Assembly (NCBI GenBank): GCA_964016885.1
Contig: OZ024744.1
Coordinates: forward strand, 128,836,001 to 128,900,000
Direction of reading: 5' to 3'
DNA: 64,000 bases
DNA from: Eledone cirrhosa
Taxonomy: Eukaryota
In this document: positions 7,801 to 18,588 of the stretch, piece after piece
How the letters are laid out: each line of letters begins with the position of its first letter
Position numbering within the stretch: the first letter of the stretch is position 1
The notes under the pieces: generated by a model
Told to the model about the DNA's origin: nothing
Seen by the model: the letters and a program-made list of their open reading frames with translations, nothing else
The model's database searches: none
Program-made: the position numbers and the translations under genes

Positions 7801-10800
7801 GTTAACTTAAGTTGGGGTTGTGTTAAGTGGTGGTTATGTTAAGTGGTGGTTATGTTAAGTTGGGGTTAAGTTAAGTTGGGGTTAAGTTAAGTTGGGGTTA
7901 AGTTAAGTTGGGGTTAAGTTAATTAGGGTTAAGTTAAGTTGGGTTTAAGTTAAGTTGGGTTTAAGTTAATTTGTGGTTAAGTTAAGTTGGGGTTAAGTTA
8001 AGTTGGGGTTAAGTTAAGTTGGGGATAAGTTAAGTTGGGGATAAGTTAAGTTGGGGTTAATTAAGTTGGGTTTAAGTTAAGTTGGGGTTAAGTTAAGTCG
8101 GGGTTAAGTTAAGTTGGGGTTAAGTTAAGTTGGTTAGTTAAGTTGAGTTTAAGTTAAGTTGGGGTTAATTTAAGTTGGGGTTAAGTTAAGTTGGGGTTAA
8201 GTTAAGTTGGGGTTAAGTTAAGTTGGGGTTCAGTTAAGTTGGGGTTAAGTTAAGTTGGGGTTAAGTTGGGGTAAAATTAAGTTGGGGTTAAGTTAAGTTA
8301 GGGTTAACTTAAGTTGGGGTTGTGTTAAGTGGTGGTTATGTTAAGTGGTGGTTATGTTAAGTTGGGGTTAAGTTAAGTTGGGGTTAAGTTAAGTTGGGGT
8401 TAAGTTAAGTTGGGGTTAAGTTAATTAGGGTTAAGTTAAGTTGGGTTTAAGTTAAGTTGGGTTTAAGTTAATTTGTGGTTAAGTTAAGTTGGGGTTAAGT
8501 TAAGTTGGGGTTAAGTTAAGTTGGGGATAAGTTAAGTTGGGGATAAGTTAAGTTGGGGTTAATTAAGTTGGGTTTAAGTTAAGTTGGGGTTAAGTTAAGT
8601 CGGGGTTAAGTTAAGTTGGGGTTAAGTTAAGTTGGTTAGTTAAGTTGAGTTTAAGTTAAGTTGGGGTTAATTTAAGTTGGGGTTAAGTTAAGTTGGGGTT
8701 AAGTTAAGTTGGGGTTAAGTTAAGTTGGGGTTCAGTTAAGTTGGGGTTAAGTTAAGTTGGGGTTAAGTTGGGGTAAAATTAAGTTGGGGTTAAGTTAAGT
8801 TGGGGTTAAGTTAAGTTGCGGTTAAGTTAAGTTGCCGTTAAGTTAAGTTGAGGTTAAGTTAAGTTGGGGTTAAGTTAAGTTGGGGTTAAGTTAAGTTGGG
8901 GCTAAGTTAAGTTGGGGCTAAGTTAAGTTGGGGTTAAGTTAACTTTGGGTTAAGTTAAGTTGGGTTTGAGTTAAGTTGGGGTTAATTAAGTTGGGGTTAA
9001 GTTAAGTTGGGGTTAAGTTGGGGTTAAGTTAAGTTGCGGTTAAGTTAAGTTGATGTTAAGTTAAGTTGGGGTTAAGTTAAGTTGGGGTTAAGTTAAGTTG
9101 GGGCTAAGTTAAGTTGGAGCTGAGTTAAGTTGGGGCTAAGTTAAGTTGGGGTTAAGTTAAGTTGGGGTTAAGTTAAGGTGGGGTTAAGTTAAGTTGGGGT
9201 CAACTTAAGTTGGGGTTAAGTTAAGTTGGGGTTAACTTAAGTTGGGGTTAAGTTAAGTTGGGGTTAAGTTAAGTTGGGGTTAAGTTAAGTTGGGGTTACG
9301 TTAAGTTGGGGGTAAGTCAAGTTGGTGTTAAGTTAAGTTGGCGGTAAGTTAAGATGGGGTTAAGTTAAGTTGGGGTTAATTTAATTTGGGGTTAAGTTAA
9401 GTTAGGGTTAAGTTAAGTTGGGGTTGAGTTAAGTTGGGGTTAAGTTAAGTTGGGGTTATGTTAAGTTGGGGTTAAGTTAAGTTGGGGTTAAGTTAAGTTG
9501 GGGTTATGTTAAGTTGGGGTTAAGTTAAGTTGGGGTTAAGTTAAGTTGGGGTTCAATTAAGTTGGGGTTAAGTTAAGTTGGGGTTATGTTAAGTTGGTGT
9601 TAAGTTAAGTTGGGGTTAAGTTAAGTTGGGGTTAAGTTAGGTTGGTGTTAATTTAAGTTGGGGGTAGGTTAAGTTGGGGTAAGTTAAGTTGGTGTTAAGT
9701 TAAGTTGGGGTTAAGTTAAGTTGGGGTTAAGTTAAGTTGGGTTTAAGTTAAGTTGGGGCTAAGTTAAGTTAGGGCTAAGTTAAGTTGGGGTTAAGTAAAG
9801 TTAGGGCTAAGTTAAGTTGGGGTTAAGTTAAGTTGGGGTTAATTTAAGTTGGGGTTACATTAAGTTGATGTTAAGTTAAGTTGGGGTTAAGTTAAGTTGG
9901 GGTTAAGTTAAGTTGGGGTTAAATTAAGTTGGGGTTAAATTAAGTTGGGGTTAAGTTAAGTTGGGGTTAAGTTAGGTTGGTGTTAAGTTAAGTTGGGGTT
10001 AAGTTAATTTGTGGTTAAGTTAAGTTGGGGTTAAGTTAAGTTGGGGTTAAGTTCAGTCGGGGTTAAGTTAAGTCGGGGTTAAGTTAAGTTGGGGTTAAGT
10101 TAAGTTGCGGTTAAGTTAAGTTGGGGTTAATTTAAGTTGGGGTTAAGTTAATTAGGGTTAAGTTAAGTTGGTGTTAAGTTAAGTTGGGGTTAAGTTAAGT
10201 TGGGGTTAAGTTAAGTTGGGTTTAAGTTAAGTTGGGGCTAAGTTAAGTTAGGGCTAAGTTAAGTTGGGGTTAAGTTAAGTTGGGGTTAATTTAAGTTGGG
10301 GTTACATTAAGTTGAGGTTAAGTTAAGTTGTGGTTAAGTTAAGTTAGGGTTAATTTAAGTTAGGGTTATGTTAAGTTGGGGTTAAGTTAAGTTGGGGTTA
10401 AGTTAGGTTGGTGTTAAGTTAAGTTGGGGTTAAGTTAAGTTGGGGTTATGTTAAGTTGGGGTTAAGTTAAGTTGGGGTTAAGTTAAGTTAGGGTTGAGTT
10501 AAGTTGGGGTTGAGTTAAGTTGGGGTTGAGTGAAGTTGGGGTTAAGTTAAGTTGGGGTTAAATTAAGTTGGGGTTAAGTTAAGTTGGGGTTGAGTTAAGT
10601 TGGGGTTAATTTAAGTTGGGTTTAAGTTAAGTTGGGTTTAAGTTAAGTTGGGGTTGAATTAAGTTGGGGTTAAATTAAGTTGGGGTTAAGTTAAGTTGGG
10701 GGTAAGTTAAGTTGGGGGCAAGTTAAGTTGGGGTTAAGTTAAGTTGGGGTTAAGTTAAGTTGGGGTTAATTTAAGTTGGGGTTATGTTAAGTTGGGGTTA

Positions 10801-13800
10801 AGTTAAGTTGGGGTTAAGTTAAGTTGGGGTTAAGTTAAGTTGGTGTTAAGTTAAGTTGGGGGTAAGTTACGTTAGGGCTAAGTTACGTTGGGGTTAACTT
10901 AACCCCAACTTAACTTAACCCCAACTTAACTTAGACCCAACTTAACTGAGCCCCAACTTAACTTAACCCCAACGTAACTTAGCCCTAACGTAACTTACCC
11001 CCAACTTAACTTAACACCAACTTAACTTAACCCCAACTTAACTTAACCCCAACTTAACTTACCCCCAACTTAACTTACCCCCACCTTAACTTACCCCCAA
11101 CTTAACTTAACCCCAACTTAACTTAACTTAACCCCAACTTAAGTTAAGTTTGGGTTAAGGTTGGGGTTAAATTAAGTTGGGGTTAAGTTAAGTTGGGGTT
11201 AAGTTAAGTTGGGGTTAAGTTAAGTTGGGGGTAAGTTAAGTTGGGGTTAAGTTAAGTTGGGGTTAAGTTAAGTTGGGGTTAAGTTAAGTTCGGGTTAAGT
11301 TAAGTTGGTGTTAAGTTAAGTTGGGGCTGAGTTAAGTTGGGGCTAAGTTAAGTTGGGTCTAAGTTAAGTTGGGGTTAAGTTAAGTTGGGGTTAAGTTAAG
11401 TTGGTGTTAAATTAAGTTGGGGTTAAATTAAGTTGGTGTTAAGTTAAGTTGGGGTTAAGTTAAGTTGGGGTTAATTAAGTTGGGGTTAAGTTAAGTTGGG
11501 GTTAAGTTAATTGGGGTTAAATTAAGTTAGGGTTGAGTTAAGTTGGGGTTAAGTTAAGTTGGGGTTATATTAAGTTGGGGTTAAGTTAAGTTGGGGTTAA
11601 GTAAAGTTGGGGTTCAGTTAATTTGGGGTTAAGTGAAGTTAGGGTTAAGTTAAGTTGGGGTTGAGTTAAGTTGGGGGTAAGTTAAGTTGGGGTTATGTTA
11701 AGTTGGGGTTACGTTAAGTTGGGTTTAAGTTAAGTTGGGGTTAAGTTAAGTTGGGGTTAAGTTAAGTTGGGGTTAATTTAAGTTGGGGTTAAGTTAATTT
11801 GGGCTTAATTTAAGTTGGGGTTAAGTTAAGTTGGGGTTAAGTTAAGTTGGGGTTAAATTAAGTTGGGCTTAAGTTAAGTTGGGGTTAAGTTAAGTTGGGG
11901 TTAAGTTAATTTGGGGTTAAGTTAAGTTAGGGTAAAGTTAAGTTGGGGTTGAGTTAAGTTGGGGTAAGTTAAGTTGGGGTTAAGTTAAGTTGGGGTTAAG
12001 TTAAGTTGGGGTTAAGTTAAGTTAGGCTTAACTTAAGTTGGGGTTAAGTTAAGTTGGGGGTGAGTTAAGTTGGGGGTAAGTTAAGTTGGGGTTAAGTTAA
12101 GTTGGGGTTAAGTTGGGGTTAAGTTAAGTTAGGGTTAAGTTAATTTGGGGTTGAGTTAAGTTGGGGTTAAGTTAAGTGGTGGTTATGTTAAGTTGGGGTT
12201 AAGTTAAGTTGGGGTTAATTTAAATTGGGGTTAATTTAAATTTGTTGTTAAGTTAAGTTGGGGTTAATTTAAGTTGGGGTTAAGTTAAGTTGGGGTTGAG
12301 TTAAGTTGTGGTTGAGTGAAGTTTGGGGTTAAGTTAAGTTGGGGTTAAATTAAGTTGGGGTTAAGTTAAGTTGGGGTTGAGTTAAGTTGGGGTTAATTTA
12401 AGTTGGGGCTAAGTTAATTTGGGGTTAAGTTAAGTTGGGGTTAAATTAAGTTGGGGTTAAGTTAAGTTGGGGTTAAGTTAAGTTGGGGTTAAGTTAATTT
12501 GGGGTTAAGTGAAGTTAGGGTTAAGTTAAGTTGGGGCTGAGTTAAGTTGGGGGTAAGTTAAGTTGGGGTTATGTTAAGTTGGGGTTAAGTTAAGTTGGGG
12601 TTAAGTTAAGTTGGGGTTCAGTTAAGTTGCGGTTAAGTTAAGTTGGGGTTAAGTTAAGTTGGGGTTAAGTTAAGTTGGGGTTAATTTAAGTTGTGGTTAA
12701 GTTAAGTTGGGGTTAAGTTAAGTTGGGGTTAAATTCAGTCGGGGTTAAGTTAAGTCGGGGTTAAGTTACGTTGGGGTTAAGTTAAGTTGGGGTTAAGTTA
12801 AGTTGGGGTTGAGTTAAGTTGGGGTTAAGTTAAGTTGGGGTTAAGTTAAGTTGGGGTTAAGTTAAGTTGGGGTTAATTTAAGTTGGGGTTAAGTTAAGTT
12901 GGGGTTAATTTAAGTTGGGGTTAATTTAAGTTGGGGTTAAGTTAAGTTGGGGTTAAGTTAAGTTGGGGTAACGTTAAGTTGGGGGTAAGTTAAGTTGGGG
13001 TTAAGTTAAGTTGGGGTTAAGTTGGGGTTAAGTTAAGTTAGGGTTAACTTAAGTTGGGGTTGTGTTAAGTGGTGGTTATGTTAAGTGGTGGTTATGTTAA
13101 GTTGGGGTTAAGTTAAGTTGGGGTTAAGTTAAGTTGGGGTTAAGTTAAGTTGGGGTTAAGTTAATTAGGGTTAAGTTAAGTTGGGTTTAAGTTAAGTTGG
13201 GGTTAAGTTAATTTGTGGTTAAGTTAAGTTGGGGTTAAGTTAAGTTGGGGATAAGTTAAGTTGGGGATAAGTTAAGTTGGGGTTAATTAAGTTGGGTTTA
13301 AGTTAAGTTGGGGTTAAGTTAAGTCGGGGTTAAGTTAAGTTGGGGTTAAGTTAAGTTGGTTAGTTAAGTTGAGTTTAAGTTAAGTTGGGGTTAATTTAAG
13401 TTGGGGTTAAGTTAAGTTGGGGTTAAGTTAAGTTGGGGTTAAGTTGGGGTAAAATTAAGTTGGGGTTAAGTTAAGTTGGGGTTAAGTTAAGTTGCGGTTA
13501 AGTTAAGTTGCCGTTAAGTTAAGTTGAGGTTAAGTTAAGTTGGGGTTAAGTTAAGTTGGGGTTAAGTTAAGTTGGGGCTAAGTTAAGTTGGGGCTAAGTT
13601 AAGTTGGGGTTAAGTTAACTTTGGGTTAAGTTAAGTTGGGTTTGAGTTAAGTTGGGGTTAATTAAGTTGGGGTTAAGTTAAGTTGGGGTTAAGTTGGGGT
13701 TAAGTTAAGTTGCGGTTAAGTTAAGTTGATGTTAAGTTAAGTTGGGGTTAAGTTAAGTTGGGGTTAAGTTAAGTTGGGGCTAAGTTAAGTTGGAGCTGAG

Positions 13801-16546
13801 TTAAGTTGGGGCTAAGTTAAGTTGGGGTTAAGTTAAGTTGGGGTTAAGTTAAGGTGGGGTTAAGTTAAGTTGGGGTCAACTTAAGTTGGGGTTAAGTTAA
13901 GTTGGGGTTAACTTAAGTTGGGGTTAAGTTAAGTTGGGGTTAAGTTAAGTTGGGGTTAAGTTAAGTTGGGGTTACGTTAAGTTGGGGGTAAGTCAAGTTG
14001 GTGTTAAGTTAAGTTGGCGGTAAGTTAAGATGGGGTTAAGTTAAGTTGGGGTTAATTTAATTTGGGGTTAAGTTAAGTTAGGGTTAAGTTAAGTTGGGGT
14101 TGAGTTAAGTTGGGGTTAAGTTAAGTTGGGGTTATGTTAAGTTGGGGTTAAGTTAAGTTGGGGTTAAGTTAAGTTGGGGTTCAATTAAGTTGCGGATAAT
14201 TTAAGTTGGGGTTAAGTTAAGTTGGGGTTAAGTTAAGTTGCGGTTAAGTTAAGTTGCCGTTAAGTTAAGTTGAGTTTAAGTTAAGTTGGGGTTAAGTTAA
14301 GTTGGGGTTAAGTTAAGTTGGGGCTAAGTTAAGTTGGGGCTAAGTTAAGTTGGGGTTAAGTTAACTTTGGGTTAAGTTAAGTTGGGTTTGAGTTAAGTTG
14401 GGGTTAATTAAGTTGGGGTTAAGTTAAGTTGGGGTTAAGTTGGGGTTAAGTTAAGTTGCGGTTAAGTTAAGTTGATGTTAAGTTAAGTTGGGGTTAAGTT
14501 AAGTTGGGGTTAAGTTAAGTTGGGGCTAAGTTAAGTTGGAGCTGAGTTAAGTTGGGGCTAAGTTAAGTTGGGGTTAAGTTAAGTTGGGGTTAAGTTAAGG
14601 TGGGGTTAAGTTAAGTTGGGGTCAACTTAAGTTGGGGTTAAGTTAAGTTGGGGTTAACTTAAGTTGGGGTTAAGTTAAGTTGGGGTTAAGTTAAGTTGGG
14701 GTTAAGTTAAGTTGGGGTTACGTTAAGTTGGGGGTAAGTCAAGTTGGTGTTAAGTTAAGTTGGCGGTAAGTTAAGATGGGGTTAAGTTAAGTTGGGGTTA
14801 ATTTAATTTGGGGTTAAGTTAAGTTAGGGTTAAGTTAAGTTGGGGTTGAGTTAAGTTGGGGTTAAGTTAAGTTGGGGTTATGTTAAGTTGGGGTTAAGTT
14901 AAGTTGGGGTTAAGTTAAGTTGGGGTTCAATTAAGTTGCGGATAATTTAAGTTGGGGTTAAGTTAAGTTGGGGTTAAGTTAAGTTGGGGTTAATTTAAGT
15001 TGGGGTTAAATTAAGTTGGGGTTAAATTAAGTTGGGGTTAAGTTAAGTTGGGGTTATGTTAAGTTGGTGTTAAGTTAAGTTGGGGTTAAGTTAAGTTGGG
15101 GTTAAGTTAGGTTGGTGTTAATTTAAGTTGGGGGTAAGTTAAGTTGGGGTAAGTTAAGTTGGTGTTAAGTTAAGTTTGGGTTAAGTTAAGTTGGGGTTAA
15201 GTTAAGTTGGGGTTCAATTAAGTTGCGGGTAATTTAAGTTGGGGTTAAGTTAAGTTGGGGGTACGTTAAGTTGGGGGTAAGTTAAGTTGGGGTTAAGTTA
15301 AGTTGGGGTTAAGTTAAGTCGGGGTTAATTTAAGTTGCGGTTAAGTTAAGTTGGGGTTAAGTTAAGTTGGGGTTAAGTTAAGTTGGGATTAAGTTAAGTT
15401 GGGGTTAAGTTAAGTTGGGGTTGAGTTAAGTTGGGGTTAAGTTAGATTATTGTTAATTTATTTTGGGGTTAAGTTAAGTTGGGGTTAAGTTAAGTTGGGG
15501 TTAATTTAAGTTGGGGTTAAGTTAAGTGGGGGTTAAGTTGAGTTGGGGTTAAGTTAAGTTGGGGTTAAGTTAAGTTGGGGTTAAGATAAGTTGGGGTTAA
15601 GTTAAGTTGGGGTTGAGTTAAGTTCGGGTTGAGTTAATTTGGGGTTAACTTAAGTTGGGGTTAACTTAAGTTGGGGTTAAGTTAAGTTGGGTTTATGTTA
15701 AGTTGGGGATAAGTTAAGTTGGGGTTAAGTTAAGTTGGGGTTCAATTAAGTTGCGGTTAATTTAAGTTGAGGTTAAGTTAAGTTGGGGTTAAGTTAAGTT
15801 GGGGTTAAGTTAAGTTGGGGTTAAATTAAGTAAGGGCTAAGTTAAGTTGAGGTTATGTTAAGTTGGTGTTAAGTTAAGTTGGGGTTAAGTTAAGTTGGGG
15901 TTAAGTTAAGTTGGGGTTTAAGTTAAGTTGGGGTTAAGTTAAGTTGGGGTTAATTTAATTTGGGGTTAAGTTAAGTTAGGGTTAAGTTAAGTTGGGGTTG
16001 AGTTAAGTTGGGGTTAAGTTAAGTTGGGGTTATGTTAAGTTGGGGATAAGTTAAGTTGGGGTTAAGTTAAGTTGGGGTTCAATTAAGTTGCGGTTAATTT
16101 AAGTTGGGGTTAAGTTAAGTTCGGGTTAAGTTAAGTTGGGGTTAAGTTAAGTTGGGGTTAAATTAAGTTAGGGCTAAGTTAAGTTGAGGTTATGTTAAGT
16201 TGGTGTTAAGTTAAGTTGGGGTTAAGTTAAGTTGGGGTTAAGTTATGTTGGGGTTAAGTTAAGTTGGGTTTAAGTTAAGTTGGGGCTAAGTTAAGTTGGG
16301 GTTAAGTTAAGTTGGGGTTAAGTTAAGTTGGGGTTAAGTTAGGTTGGTGTTAAGTTAAGTTGGGGGTAAGTTAAGTTGGGGGTAAGTTAAGTTGGTGTTA
16401 AGTTAAGTTGGGGTTAAGTTAAGTTGGGGCTAAGTTAAGTTGGGTTTAAGTTAAGTTGGGTCTAAGTTAAGTTGGGGTTAAGTTAAGTTGGGGTTAACTT
16501 AAGTTGGGGGTAAGTTAAGTTGGGTTTGAGTTAAGTTGGGGTTAAG
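4829..16546 (+). repeat. 16-bp satellite block 2 (~11.7 kb), containing an internal inversion
   Basis: Same TTAAGTTAAGTTGGGG monomer with recurring ordered variant strings, e.g. GTGGTGGTTATG x2 and AAATTCAGTCGGGG. Confidence 0.98.
10897..11140 (-). repeat. Inverted (C-rich on +) segment of the 16-bp satellite, copy 1
   Basis: The sequence switches to (CCCCAACTTAACTTAA)n at GGGGTTAAC|TTAACCCC and back at CCCCAACTTAAG|TTAAGTTTGGG. Confidence 0.96.
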
Positions 16547-18588
16547 TTAGGTTTTTCGAAAACCTTATATAATCAATTTTTTTTAGGTTTTTCGAAAAAT
16601 GTTATATAATCAATTTTTTTTAGGTTTTTCGAAAAACCTTATATAATCAATTTTTTTTTAGGTTTTTCGAAACACCTTATATAATCAATTTTTTTTAGGT
16701 TTTTCGAAAAACCTTATATAATCAATTTTTTTTAGGTTTTTCGAAAAACCTTATATAATCAATTTCTTTAGGTTTTTCGTAAAACCTTATATAATCAATT
16801 TTTTTAGGTTTTTCGAAAAACCTTATATAATCAATTTTTTTTAGGTTTTTCGAAATACCTTATATAATTAATTTTTTTTAGGTTTTTCGAAAAATCTTAT
16901 ATAATTAATTTATATCTGATTTCAAATATTGATTTTTTTAGGTTTTTCGAAAACCTTATATAATCAATTTTTTTTAGGTTTTTCGAAAAAGAATGAATTC
17001 ATATTCGAAATATATACTTCTGCATTAATCTTTTTACGTTTTTCTGATTTTTTGCATGTTTTGAAATTTAAAAAAAACGTAAAAAATTAATGCTTTTACA
17101 AATATTTTGAAATATTTACTTTCTGGTTTCAAATTTTGCAAATTAAATTTTTTTCTAAAAAAATCAGTTTTCGAAATCAGAAGTTAATATTTCGAAAAAC
17201 GCAATTTAAAAAACTCATATTAATTTTTTTTCGAATGAAGTTTTTTTATGCTTTTAGAAATATTTATATCTGATTTAAAATATTCATTTTTTTAGGTTTA
17301 CCTTATATAATCAAACAAATTTTTTTAGGTTTTTCGAAATATCTTATATAATCAATTTTTTTTAGGTTTTTCGAAAAAGAATGAATTTGAGTTCATAGTC
17401 GAAATATATACTTCTGCATTAATCTTTGATTTTTTGCATGTTTTGAAATCTAAAAAAAACGTAAAAAATTAATGCTTTTTTCATTTTTTTTCGAATGAAT
17501 TCTTTCATACTTTTAGAAATATTTATATCTGATTTTAAATATTGATTTTTTTAGGTTTACCTTATATAATCAAATTTTTTTAGGTTTTTCGAAAAAGAAT
17601 GAATTTGAGTTCATAGTCGAAATATATACTTCTGCATTAATCTTTTTACGTTTTTCTGATTTTTTGCATGTTTTGAAATTTAAAAAAAAACGTAAAAAAT
17701 TAATGGTTTTACAAATATTTTGAAATATTTACTTTCTGGTTTCGAATTTTGCAAATTAAATTTTTTTCGAAAAAAACCTAAAAAAATCAGTTTTCGAAAT
17801 CAGAAGTTAATATTTCGAAAAACGCAATTTGAAAAACTCATATTAATTTTTTTTCGAATGAAGTTTTTTTATGCTTTTAGAAATATTTATATCTGATTTC
17901 CAATATTGATTTTTTTTAGGTTTTTCGAAAAAGAATGAATTTGAGTTCATAGTCGAAATATATATTTCTGCATTGATCTTTGATTTTTTGCATGTTTTGA
18001 AATTTAAAAAAAAAGTAAAAAATTAATGATTTTACAAATATTTTGAAATATTTACTTTCTGGTTTCAAAGTTTGCAAATTAAATTTTTTTCGAAAAACCT
18101 AAAAAAATCAGTTTTCGAAATCAGAAGTTAATATTTCGAAAAACGCAATTTAAAAAACTCATATTAATTTTTTTTCGAATGAATTCTTTTAGAAATATTT
18201 ATATCTGATTTCAAATATTGATTTTTTTAGGTTTACCTTATATAATCAATTTTTTTTAGGTTTTTCAAAAACCTTATATAATCAATTTTTTTTAGGTTTT
18301 TCGAAAAACCTTACATAATCAATTTTTTTTAGGTTTTTTCGAAAAACCTTATATAATCAATTTTTTACGTTTTTAGAAAAACCTTATATAATCAATTTTT
18401 TTTATACTTTTAGAAATATTTATATCTTATTTCAAATATTGATTTTTTTTAGATTTTTCGAAATACCTTATATAATCAATTTTTTTTAGGTTTTTCGAAA
18501 GACCTTATATAATCAATTTTTTTTAGGTTTTTCGAAAAACCTTATATAATCAATTTTTTTAGGTTTTTCGACAACCTTATATAATCAA
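16547..18588 (+). repeat. AT-rich composite repeat island 2 (~2.04 kb, deletion derivative)
   Basis: Same junctions and monomers as island 1; lacks 357 bp relative to island 3 at about 17479. Confidence 0.95.

Noticed and set aside
10897-11140. Telomere-telomere fusion point
   Set aside because: Polarity reverts after about 245 bp and the segment copies adjacent variants. A fusion would switch polarity permanently.
4829-16546. Caenorhabditis pairing-centre (HIM-8/ZIM) TTGG-core motifs
   Set aside because: Only the 4-bp TTGG core matches, the organism is unknown, and the rest of the known motifs is not evident.
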